DNA of 64,000 bases, taken from NCBI GenBank assembly GCA_963663385.2, contig CAXXXD010000004.1, forward strand, positions 864,001-928,000. Direction: 5' to 3'. Positions 29,301-37,781 of this stretch are shown piece by piece (positions within the stretch are counted from its first letter, which is position 1; each line of letters opens with the position of its first letter). Below the pieces are notes generated by a model, which was given only the letters and a program-made list of their open reading frames with translations, was not told the DNA's origin and did not search any database. This stretch comes from Oceanispirochaeta sp. GTDB taxonomy: Bacteria; Spirochaetota; Spirochaetia; DSM-2461. Made by a program: the position numbers and the translations under genes.

Positions 29301-30324
29301 CTCCCTGCCGGAAAAGCCGCAGCTTTTCGGAAGTTTCCCCGGGAGCGATACTCTGTCTATTGCCATGGCCGAAGACTATGCTCTTATTGCGGATGTTTCC
29401 GGCCTGAAGGTTGTAAGGACCTACCTGTACGGCCAGTCTGTTCATGAACTGTCTCTTGCTACGGCAGGCAGGGCATACGGTGTGATGCTGGAAGGGACTT
29501 CCCTCTGGGTTGCTGACCGGAGAGGCGGCGTTGCCGAATACGATGTTTCCAACCCTCCGGGACTGGATGAGGGTGCTTTGAAACGTGTCTTCCCATCAGA
29601 TTATGCCGAGGATCTGCTGTTGAAAGACGGGAGGCTTTATGTCGCCGATGGCCCGGCAGGGGTTAAGGTGTATGACCGGAACAGAGAGGGGAATCCTCTG
29701 CTGGCTTCCATGCCTGTATCCGGACGGGCCAGACGTATTTTGCCCTACGGTTCATCTATTGCTGTTGTGACAACCGGAGACGGCGTTATGTTTCTGGATG
29801 AAAAGAAAAAAGACGGGGTACTGTCCCTGCAGATGTCCAGGCGAATTTACTATCCGGATGTAAGGGATGCCGCTTTTTACGGGTCCTATCTCTTTATAGG
29901 AGATAATGAAGAGGGTCTGATAATAATGGATGCCGGGCTGGAAGGGGCTCCTGTCACACTTGATATCCTGTCCGGGTACGAAGGAATACGGCAGCTGATG
30001 ATCCGTGGGGATGTGCTCTATGTTCTGCACCGGAGGGGGATCTCCCTGCTGAATATCAGGAATCCCGAACACCCTGTTCCGCTGAGTGATATTCAGACCG
30101 GCGAGGCCGAAGGGATGCAGATGGCCGGTTCCATGCTTTATGTGGCCCGGGGGTTCCGGGGGGTTGCCATATACCGGATTAATGAAAACCATCAGGCTTT
30201 GAAAATTTCAGATTGTGAAGGTATTTTTGCTGTGGATGTGGCCCCCGGAGGAGCCTATGCCTATTATGCCGATATGGAAGGAATCGGTGTTATCCGGGTT
30301 CTGGTTCCCGACTGGCTGGAATAG
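26356..30324 (+). CDS. Lipoprotein with Pro/Glu-rich linker, Ig/FN3-like domains and LVIVD-repeat beta-propellers
   Basis: Lipobox LVG-C; ~330-aa P/E-rich segment; FN3-like 'LTWKAVPGASSFRIFR...YYYRI'; many 'YAYVA.G..G..I.DIS.P' LVIVD repeats. Confidence 0.85.
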   Translation: MASWIKYLALLVLLTLVGCGPGEDQSLSPEDKTVDMADESVTEKEFVPPADLQEPADKTDKPEQVDTPREIPESEQPELADADEPAGPMKSAEKPVLPELADIQENLPGEAQSEPVQTEILIPYHRTAYHAVPHDFKLPAELKDATAILPVPLKPLSYPLGGREEMIIPVVSEELALVPDRKEDLVPQPEQKIDPPAPEPERDVYIEPIPVDEGKAVPVPDEKPEPAAPVEPEPDTGIAVVESEGITEPEVVAETVPEHEVVIEPGVIVILEPEPEPEPEVEVEVEVEAEPVVEAEPVVEAEPVVVPPAVSPEPVIAIEPEEAEEPEVVLDTEPEMAAEPEEQPAPVPEIIYPGPWLTIDSPRDNSYYRSSFLLKGFSSPSPEAPEETRDIKSMTWRMDALGDYDNTVFLEEDGSFELDVFTAGLEGPHQLVLVTEDFGGRETRQVFTLNDGNQPPQIVLEYPGADGLYGSMLSVMGNIKDMYRGIPELEGIQRLSYSLIPRDRDTDDTVLSGDVPVEADNSFLFALDMEERSGRQSLRLDAEGVNGSVGTLEISLVPGGSEIPSFTVKPQDGRLILSWEPVPGAEEQTIYLTDDGSLPSDNAPGNQFSGVKSPLVLGGVYNGRHYRARLKVETDGREHWSHVAEAVPLAPGTLELKAEGRFEQILLTWKAVPGASSFRIFRREENEEDYTLLEDPVEGTSYVDAAVEFGCNYYYRIEPSGIAGPLSYEVPAAMLEAPSEKITMSSHYRDINAVKLTVSGEYAYVAAGDTGFYIMDVSTPQKPETIGHMSIPGVEDVFVDGEYAYLAAGSHGFSLINIAEPTRPFTVLSRATDNAQGIAARENIVFIADGERGLQIFDITNRQDPRRLGTFRDAPAYQLALKDEKLYVATGNKGLIVLDISNLSAPRLLQEYADTAVFDVMFRAGRLYLACGEEGMIILDENPEGDLFELSRFRSHNARMVRLWEDYAMIADGTGGMKAVDISLPEKPQLFGSFPGSDTLSIAMAEDYALIADVSGLKVVRTYLYGQSVHELSLATAGRAYGVMLEGTSLWVADRRGGVAEYDVSNPPGLDEGALKRVFPSDYAEDLLLKDGRLYVADGPAGVKVYDRNREGNPLLASMPVSGRARRILPYGSSIAVVTTGDGVMFLDEKKKDGVLSLQMSRRIYYPDVRDAAFYGSYLFIGDNEEGLIIMDAGLEGAPVTLDILSGYEGIRQLMIRGDVLYVLHRRGISLLNIRNPEHPVPLSDIQTGEAEGMQMAGSMLYVARGFRGVAIYRINENHQALKISDCEGIFAVDVAPGGAYAYYADMEGIGVIRVLVPDWLE
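27169..27270 (+). repeat. Compound in-frame tandem repeat (GAACCT)4(GAAGTA)4(GAAGCAGAACCAGTAGTT)3
   Basis: Read directly; encodes (EP)4(EV)4(EAEPVV)3. Confidence 0.95.
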
Positions 30325-30325
30325 G

Positions 30326-30751
30326 CTATACCGGTTTCATATCCGGGTCCTGTGCCGGGTTATGGGTTTTCATATATTCGTGTTCTTCTCCCACATGTTC
30401 CATATACTGTGCAAACGTCCATTTCAGGGCGGTTTCCGTAATCATGGCAAAGATAATGTCCTGAGGACTCTCCGAAACGGATTTTACAGCCCGCATTATG
30501 GCTACGGCCCTCTCTTTGGAGTAAACGGCCATAAAGACGAACCGTGTCCCTTCGGTCAGGGCCTTTCCTTTTGAAGCATTGCCCCTGAACAGTTCCTCCA
30601 GTACCTCTTCAACTACCCGTTCTGTCATATCTTCTTTCAGGGGGGCAAATGTCGTTTTTATTTCTTCCCCGCTATTTTGAGTGAGGGCCTCCAGGCCGCA
30701 GGCAGCCTGCTCTTTTGAAAAACCTTTTAAAATACATAGTTCCTGTATCAT
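30326..30751 (-). CDS. DUF3783-domain protein
   Basis: C-terminal 'FAMITETALKWTFAQYMEHVGEEHEYM' fits the DUF3783 pattern. Confidence 0.6.
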   Translation of the reverse strand: MIQELCILKGFSKEQAACGLEALTQNSGEEIKTTFAPLKEDMTERVVEEVLEELFRGNASKGKALTEGTRFVFMAVYSKERAVAIMRAVKSVSESPQDIIFAMITETALKWTFAQYMEHVGEEHEYMKTHNPAQDPDMKPV

Positions 30752-30883
30752 GTCAAATCCTTTGAATAACCTAATAACAAACAGTAATGCTTCCGGTTAC
30801 TTAATGCCAGTGGAAAGAAGGGAAATTTGACCTTGCCCTTTCCAGTCAGTATTTTTAAGGAAGACCGATGATATGGAGGGGCT

Positions 30884-33489
30884 ATGGCTCAGACAAATTA
30901 TACAGTTAAAGCGCAGGAAGCTATTGCAGATGCTTCCAGGCAGGCTCAGAAATACAATCATACACTTATTGACGAAGAACACCTTCTCCTCTCTCTTCTG
31001 GAACAGAAAGAGGGGGTTATCCCGCCTCTGATGGACCGGCTGGGAGCTCCCAGGGCGGTACTGGGAGATGAACTGGTGGATCTGCTGCGGAGGAAACCCC
31101 GTGCTTACGGGGACAATATAGAAGTAAGCGCTTCTCCGGCTCTGCGGAACCTCTTCCGTCTGGCCGAGCAGGAAGCTTCCAATCTGAAAGATGAGTTCGT
31201 ATCCACCGAACACCTTCTTATCGCCATGGCAGGCGGACACGGCGGCGGCGGAGGGCTTCTGCAGAAACACGGTATCCGGAAAGACGGGATACTGCAGGCT
31301 CTTGTCTCCATCCGCGGTTCCCAGCGGGTCACCAGCGAAACTCCCGAGAACCAGTACCAGGTTCTGGAACGTTACTGCCGGGACCTGACCGCTCTGGCAC
31401 GGAAGGAAAAACTGGATCCGGTTATCGGTCGGGATGAAGAGATCCGCCGGGTGATGCAGGTGCTTTCCCGCCGGACAAAAAACAACCCTGTGCTGATAGG
31501 GGAACCAGGAGTCGGCAAAACGGCTATTGCCGAAGGCCTGGCCAGACGGATCGTGGAGGGGGATGTACCGGACTCCCTTAAGGACAAGAAACTCCTGGCT
31601 CTGGATCTGGGAGCTCTTGTGGCGGGAGCAAAGTTCCGGGGTGAGTTTGAAGAACGCCTCAAGGCTGTTATTCAGGAAATTACGGAATCCGATGGACACA
31701 TCATCCTGTTTATTGATGAACTGCATACCCTGATGGGGGCGGGAGCGGCCGAAGGGTCTACAGATGCGTCCAATCTTCTCAAACCGGCCCTGGCCAGGGG
31801 GGAACTCCGTACCATCGGCGCCACGACTCTGGACGAATACCGTAAACATATTGAGAAGGACCCCGCCTTCGAAAGGCGCTTTCAGCAGGTTTATACGGCG
31901 GAGCCCTCTGTGGAAGATACCGTCACCATTCTGAGGGGAATCAAGGAAAAGTACGAGGTACACCATGGGGTGCGCATCAGGGATGATGCCCTCCTAAGCG
32001 CCGCCTCCCTGTCCGACCGCTACATCACTTCCCGCTTCCTGCCGGACAAGGCGATAGACCTGGTGGATGAAGCGGCCAGCCGTCTTAAAATGGAAATAGA
32101 GAGCCAGCCTGTCGAACTGGACCGTCTGGAACGGAAAATCCTGCAGCTGGAAATCGAAAAACAGTCCCTTTCCCGGGAGAAGGACGAAGCTTCCGGGAAC
32201 GCCTGGCTATCCTTTCGGAGGAACTGCGGAACCTTCAGGGTGACAGGGATTCCCTGCATCTGCAATGGAAGAACGAAAAAGGCATTATTGATAAAATCCG
32301 GGAGCTGAATCAGAAAATAGAGGATCTACGCCGGCAGGAAGCCCAGTACGAACGGGAGGGGAATCTGGCAGGCGCCGCCGAGATAAAGCACGGCAGCATC
32401 CCCGATACCCAGATAGAGCTGGCTGCCCGGACAAAACAGCTGCAGAGCATACAGGGGGAGCGCAGTCTTCTCCGGGAAGAGGTGGCCGAAGAGGACATCG
32501 CCCGGGTTGTCTCCACCTGGACTGGAATCCCGGTAAGTAAAATGCTCTCTTCCGAGAGGGACAAATATCTGAAACTGGAGGAAATCCTCTCCAGGAGGGT
32601 GGTCGGACAGGACAGCGCTGTTCAGGCGATTTCCGATGCCATCCGCCGTAACAAAAGCGGATTAAGCGATATAGGAAGGCCTCTGGGGTCCTTTATCTTC
32701 CTCGGACCTACCGGAGTGGGAAAAACGGAACTGGCTAAAACTCTGGCAGATTTTCTGTTTAACGACGAAAAATCGCTGACCAGGATCGATATGAGCGAAT
32801 ATATGGAGAAATTTGCGGTTTCCCGCCTTGTCGGAGCGCCTCCCGGTTATGTGGGATACGAAGAGGGCGGTCAGCTGACCGAAGCTGTCAGACGCCGTCC
32901 CTATTCGGTTGTACTCTTTGATGAAATAGAGAAGGCCCATCCCGATGTGTTTAATATCCTGCTGCAGCTTCTGGACGACGGCAGACTGACGGACAGTCAG
33001 GGGCGGGTGGTGGACTTCCGCAACGCCATCATTATCATGACCAGTAATCTGGGAAGCGAGATTATACTTGAAAACGGCTCCGGAGAAGAGACCAATGCCC
33101 GTCTGATGGAACTGATGAAACGGACATTCAAGCCTGAGTTCCTGAACCGGGTTGATGATATTATCAGCTTCAACAGCCTGGGAGAAGAGCACATCAGAAG
33201 AATTGTCAATCTGCTGACCGCCCATCTGATCGAACGGCTGAAGGAGAAGAAGATGACATTGGCCGTTACGGATAACGCCGCGTCCTGGCTGGCTCATGAA
33301 GGCTATGATCCCGCTTTCGGAGCCCGTCCCTTAAGGAGGGCTATTCAGAATCTCCTGCAGAATCCCCTTTCCAGGCACCTGCTGGCGGGAGACTTTATGG
33401 AAGGTGATGAAATTCTCTGTGATCTGGAAGGTGACGGTCTTGTGTTCCGGAAAGCCGGAACAGCAGTGAATTCCGCAGCTGAAATTTAA
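30884..33489 (+). pseudogene. clpB: Chaperone ClpB split by a 1-bp frameshift near 32193 (true pseudogene or sequencing error)
   Basis: ORF1 has the N-domain and NBD1 ([15 protein letters not shown]); ORF2 has NBD2 (GPTGVGKT, RIDMSEY). One extra C in TTCCGGG restores [15 protein letters not shown]...AAEIKHGSIP and an 868-aa protein. Confidence 0.9.
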
Positions 33490-35021
33490 CGGCGGAGATA
33501 GGAGAGGGTGAGAGGCAGAACAATATTGTTTCCGAACTTATCCTCTCCATAACCGTTTTCCGCAAGGATGCGGATATCCTGTAGAACCCGTTTGTCTCCC
33601 TTGAAGATGACTTTCGTATCGCTGACAATATCGATCCTTCCCATAGCCAGGTAAAGGGCGATGCCCCTTTTGGCAAATTCTCCAAGGGTTTCATTTTCCA
33701 GGGGCGTCAGATCATCAAAGGAAAAGTTGTTGTCGTAGATCATAATCCTCTGCTTTTCCAATAGGTCCAGGAAGACAATCCGCAGTATTTTTTTCATAAG
33801 AGGAACATCGTATGTTGCGTTTATATCCTGGGCAATAAGCTTATGCTTCACCAGGTGCTCCGCTACACTCTGACGCTTTACGTGATTAATCTCCTCGTTT
33901 GCCCGGAACAGTTCCAGGGGCATTGAGGCGTTGTAGTCATTCTGTCCCAGGGTCATGGTCACATCGCTTCCGTAGTGTACGACGATTTTTGCTATCAGTG
34001 TGGAGGGGCGGACATGAAATCCCCTGTAGTTGGGGATGGGAACCTGTATCTCTCCCATCTCGGCATAGTGTTTCAGAATATCCTTGCACAGAGCCTGGGA
34101 GGCAAGTATATACTGCTCGGGGAAAGCTATGAAATATTTCATCAGGTGGTTGAGCAGAACCTTGTCTTCTACAGGATTCTTAAGGATATCCTTCTCTCTG
34201 AAATAGAGGCTGTGCCGTTCGTAGTAGTGGATCAGTATGGTGGCGCATTCCAGCAGGTGGAAAACCACCGATATATGCCCCCTCAATACAGGGAGATTGG
34301 GGTCTTTCTGGGCTACGTCCGAACCGGAAAGGTAGGTATCGTAAAGGGACTGAAGGTTGTGGAATTTGTTTTCCAGAAGCCGCAGTTTCTCTTCGCTTAT
34401 CTCTTCAGGGATGGCTGATTCATATTCATCTTCGTTCAGTTTCTTATAGATTTTAAGAAGGATGCTCTCTTCCGCCAGATTCAGAAAGGATGTCGCCAGG
34501 TATACGGTGGTTTTCTCCGGGAACTCCGACTCTTTTCTTATCCTGTCTGCTGCCAGCCTTCCGGAAAAGGCGTTTTCCTGGAATTTATACTCACTCATGG
34601 GAGTTACTTCAACATTAAGGCCCAGATCGGTATTCAGACGGGTTATTTCACCCGAAGCATTTATCAGGGTTTGAAAGATGGTCTGGATTGTATCGGCAGT
34701 GGATTCCTGAAAATTATTATCAACCTGAAGCAGGTTATAGGAAGGAGCTGCGTTACGAATGTGTATCAGGCTGTAGGCTATGGTTGAAAAGGATTTGATT
34801 ACAGCTGTGATTTTCCGCAGGGGGCTCCATCGCTCGTTATGCTGTACTCCATAGGCATCAAGCAGCTCCTCGCAGCGGGCTGCTTCAAGATTTAACCGCC
34901 CCAGCAACGGCCGGGATACTTCATCTACTGTATAATCTTTCAGTCCCGAGGAAATGGACAGCAGATCTTTCAAATCCGCTCCTATAGAAGCTATAAATGT
35001 ATTATTATCTATTGTTTGCAT
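33486..35021 (-). CDS. Large protein with C-terminal HPr-like phosphocarrier domain
   Basis: RGFHVRPSTLIAKIV equals the HPr His15 signature G(L/F)HxRP; ~320-aa helical N-terminal region. Confidence 0.75.
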   Translation of the reverse strand: MQTIDNNTFIASIGADLKDLLSISSGLKDYTVDEVSRPLLGRLNLEAARCEELLDAYGVQHNERWSPLRKITAVIKSFSTIAYSLIHIRNAAPSYNLLQVDNNFQESTADTIQTIFQTLINASGEITRLNTDLGLNVEVTPMSEYKFQENAFSGRLAADRIRKESEFPEKTTVYLATSFLNLAEESILLKIYKKLNEDEYESAIPEEISEEKLRLLENKFHNLQSLYDTYLSGSDVAQKDPNLPVLRGHISVVFHLLECATILIHYYERHSLYFREKDILKNPVEDKVLLNHLMKYFIAFPEQYILASQALCKDILKHYAEMGEIQVPIPNYRGFHVRPSTLIAKIVVHYGSDVTMTLGQNDYNASMPLELFRANEEINHVKRQSVAEHLVKHKLIAQDINATYDVPLMKKILRIVFLDLLEKQRIMIYDNNFSFDDLTPLENETLGEFAKRGIALYLAMGRIDIVSDTKVIFKGDKRVLQDIRILAENGYGEDKFGNNIVLPLTLSYLRR

Positions 35022-35103
35022 GAGAACCTGTATTAATAATTAAATTAAATTAGACAATTCTGCAATGGTTTTGGCATTCTTTCTGAATTTCTTTGGCATA
35101 AAT

Positions 35104-36216
35104 TCACAATTTCTCCCGCAGAAGTTTTATTCTGGTAAATATATAGTCCAGGGAATCGCTTTTCAGTACGACCTTTCGTATCCAGGGCGCTTCAGGAAAG
35201 GGAAGAGTGCTCTTCTCATAGTGGAAAATACGGCTTCTGGGATTATTTGAATCATACCAGGCGCAGAGGGATATTTTCCCTCTGGCTATTTCGATTCCCG
35301 TAGCGCCGAACTTATGGATTACTGTTCCGGCATTAAAGAGACAGGGGAGGGAGAGAGGATCATAAATGCTCCCGTGACTTTTGTAATCTTCGCTGTCTAT
35401 TACGGTCTGAAGGGTTACTGCTGTATCCCGGATAGCCTTGCGGAGAGTTTCCGCCGCTTCATCTTTCTTCATTTGCATATAATCCCGGATCATGGAATCC
35501 AGACGGAATTTCAGATACTCCACTTCGGAATGACCTTCAAAAAGGGCGCGGTGGGTATGACCGGTGATTACTACTATTCCCTGTTCCTTGGCGAATTCGA
35601 AGATCCTCTGTTCCGCCTTAAGGGGGCGGTTGCTGAGGTAGTCCCGTTTAATATTGTTGATATGAAGCGGGTGAGCGATAAAACGGAGGGCGAATCTATT
35701 TACCTTGTGCCTGAAGGGGGAGTTGTAGAGCGATGCCTGATGACCGTGCAGAATCAGCAGAGGGTCTCCTTTATACATCAGCCTGAGGGAGGGAAGGATG
35801 TCTGCGTTGACCTCTCTCTCTTCAATCGTCCGGCCTGTCTTCCAGTAAAATTGCGCCCCATGGTCATGGTTCCCGATTATTTTATATAGACCGGGACCGT
35901 GTTTGAAATCCCTGAAGACTGCGTACAGATCCCGCCAGGAATTGCTGACTTTTCTGAGGCTTACCCTGTGCAGTTCTTCGATATCACCGTTCAGAACCAG
36001 TTTGTAACCTTCGGGAAGGTACCACTCTTTCAGAGCTTTGATTACAAGGGGAGCATTTTTTAAGAACTCATCCCGTCTCCTGGCACCTCCGATATGAAAA
36101 TCGCTCAGGATTATATACTTGTCCCCGCTCTGGATTTCCAGTACTGGAGCATTGTGATAGGCTTTCTTCAGGTTTTCCTGAATAATGGAATTCGTTATAA
36201 TTGACTGGGACTGCAT
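35104..36216 (-). CDS. Calcineurin-like metallophosphoesterase
   Basis: SDFH, NGD, GNHD, HGH, GHTH motifs. Confidence 0.85.
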   Translation of the reverse strand: MQSQSIITNSIIQENLKKAYHNAPVLEIQSGDKYIILSDFHIGGARRRDEFLKNAPLVIKALKEWYLPEGYKLVLNGDIEELHRVSLRKVSNSWRDLYAVFRDFKHGPGLYKIIGNHDHGAQFYWKTGRTIEEREVNADILPSLRLMYKGDPLLILHGHQASLYNSPFRHKVNRFALRFIAHPLHINNIKRDYLSNRPLKAEQRIFEFAKEQGIVVITGHTHRALFEGHSEVEYLKFRLDSMIRDYMQMKKDEAAETLRKAIRDTAVTLQTVIDSEDYKSHGSIYDPLSLPCLFNAGTVIHKFGATGIEIARGKISLCAWYDSNNPRSRIFHYEKSTLPFPEAPWIRKVVLKSDSLDYIFTRIKLLREKL

Positions 36217-36276
36217 ATTTATATTATAGGGCAAGAAGAATCCCTGTTCAATTTATGCCTGTTAAAGGAGCTTTTT

Positions 36277-37110
36277 ATGAACTTTCAACCTGAATTCTAC
36301 TCGTCCCTTCCCATGGGAAAGCAGCAATGGATTCTGTTTTCCCCCGGAGAAAGGCAGATCGCTTTTTGTCCTGAAAAAGAGACTCCTTTTATTTCCGGAG
36401 AGAATCTGGAATCGGAAGACCTGAACAGAAAGGAGAACCTGATCCGTTCTCTGGGGATCGGCCGGAGTGACGGGACATATATATGCTGCGGCGAGTGGCG
36501 GGAAAGCGCCGAACTGCCGGAAGGTCTGGAGTGGCAGGATTTCCGTGATGTCTATAGAATTCTGGATAAGCCCCTGCAGTTTCCTGTAAGCCGGGCCAGG
36601 CAGCTTCTGAACTGGGACCGCTCTCACCGTTTCTGCGGAGTCTGTGGTACCGAAACGGTTCCCGGCGACAGGGAACACTCCCGTGTCTGTCCTGCCTGCG
36701 GAGAATTGTTTTATCCGCGCCTCTCTCCGGCTGTCATTGTCAGGATTACCCGGGGGAAGGATAATATCATGCTGGCTCACAACAGGAACTTCCCCAAAGG
36801 GATATACTCCCATATCGCCGGTTTTGTCGAAGCCGGTGAGAGCCTGGAGCAGACCATCCGGAGAGAAATCAGGGAGGAAGTGGGGCTGGAAGTGGAGAAT
36901 ATCCGCTATTTCAGTTCCCAGCCGTGGCCTATGCCGCACTCCCTGATGGTGGCTTTTACAGCAGAGTGTCCGGAAGGGGAGCCCGAGCCGGATGGCGTTG
37001 AGATTCTGGATGCACAGTGGTTTACGAGAGAAAACCTGCCCCTGCCTCCCTCTTCGGGAAGCATTGCCATGGCCATGCTGAAGGACTTTCTGGAAAACAG
37101 ACAGAATTAA
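36277..37110 (+). CDS. nudC: NAD(+) diphosphatase
   Basis: Zn ribbon FCGVCG...CPACG, Nudix box GFVEAGESLEQTIRREIREEVG, SQPWP. Confidence 0.93.
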   Translation: MNFQPEFYSSLPMGKQQWILFSPGERQIAFCPEKETPFISGENLESEDLNRKENLIRSLGIGRSDGTYICCGEWRESAELPEGLEWQDFRDVYRILDKPLQFPVSRARQLLNWDRSHRFCGVCGTETVPGDREHSRVCPACGELFYPRLSPAVIVRITRGKDNIMLAHNRNFPKGIYSHIAGFVEAGESLEQTIRREIREEVGLEVENIRYFSSQPWPMPHSLMVAFTAECPEGEPEPDGVEILDAQWFTRENLPLPPSSGSIAMAMLKDFLENRQN

Positions 37111-37781
37111 AGCCGGTATCCCACCCGGACGAAGGGTGCCAGCACATGGATGTACCTGGTATTGATGGGAATATATTTATAGGTAAATCCGCTGGAAAAG
37201 CGGAACCTGCCCAAATCCGGATAGCGCGATCCCATCTCCACTACCATCATGGGGCCTGTCGGTGAGTTCTTCTCCTCTTCGGTTTCGAATATATCCCTGT
37301 TGGATATTGTGGCAATTCCGATACCGGCTTTAAAATAGTAGTCCATAAACCGTTTGGTATCCTCAAAGTAGTAAAGATAGTTGTAGAACTGGAAAAGGGT
37401 CAGTTCGTTATCTCCCATATTATAGGAATCCATGATATTCCATTCCAGAGCTGTTCCCACGCCCATGTTCTTCAGAACCCGCTTGGAACTGCCGAAATCC
37501 ATATCCAGTCCTACACAGATATTGATAAAACTGATATTGACGGCGGGAATGGAAAAGCTTGATTCTCCGGTTTTTATCTTTTTGGTATCATAGAACAGCC
37601 CCGGTATAAAGAGGGGAACCGGGTAGAAAATATAGGGCTCGATTCCGGTCTTTTCATGTTCGGCGGCTATCAGCTTCTGTCTTTCCGTTTCGGTCATTTC
37701 CTCAGAGTTCAGGGAGGCAAGAGGGAAGGAGATAAAAAGCAGAAGCAGCAGTACTGTTTTTTGAAATATTGTTCCCTTCAT
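37107..37781 (-). CDS. Exported protein, predicted small OM beta-barrel
   Basis: Signal peptide (PLA-S); amphipathic strands; ends VRVGYRL. Confidence 0.6.
   Translation of the reverse strand: MKGTIFQKTVLLLLLFISFPLASLNSEEMTETERQKLIAAEHEKTGIEPYIFYPVPLFIPGLFYDTKKIKTGESSFSIPAVNISFINICVGLDMDFGSSKRVLKNMGVGTALEWNIMDSYNMGDNELTLFQFYNYLYYFEDTKRFMDYYFKAGIGIATISNRDIFETEEEKNSPTGPMMVVEMGSRYPDLGRFRFSSGFTYKYIPINTRYIHVLAPFVRVGYRL

Noticed and set aside
30752..30883. Heat-shock operator upstream of clpB
   Set aside because: No CIRCE or HAIR inverted repeat; only one CtsR-like half site (TTTGACCT), which is insufficient.
30797..31966. 389-aa minus-strand ORF, and 32662-33297
   Set aside because: Antisense shadows of clpB; no independent motifs.
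32482..33489. Treating the clpB 3' ORF as an independent ATPase gene
   Set aside because: The same frame continues upstream with ClpB M-domain sequence back to the frameshift at ~32193.
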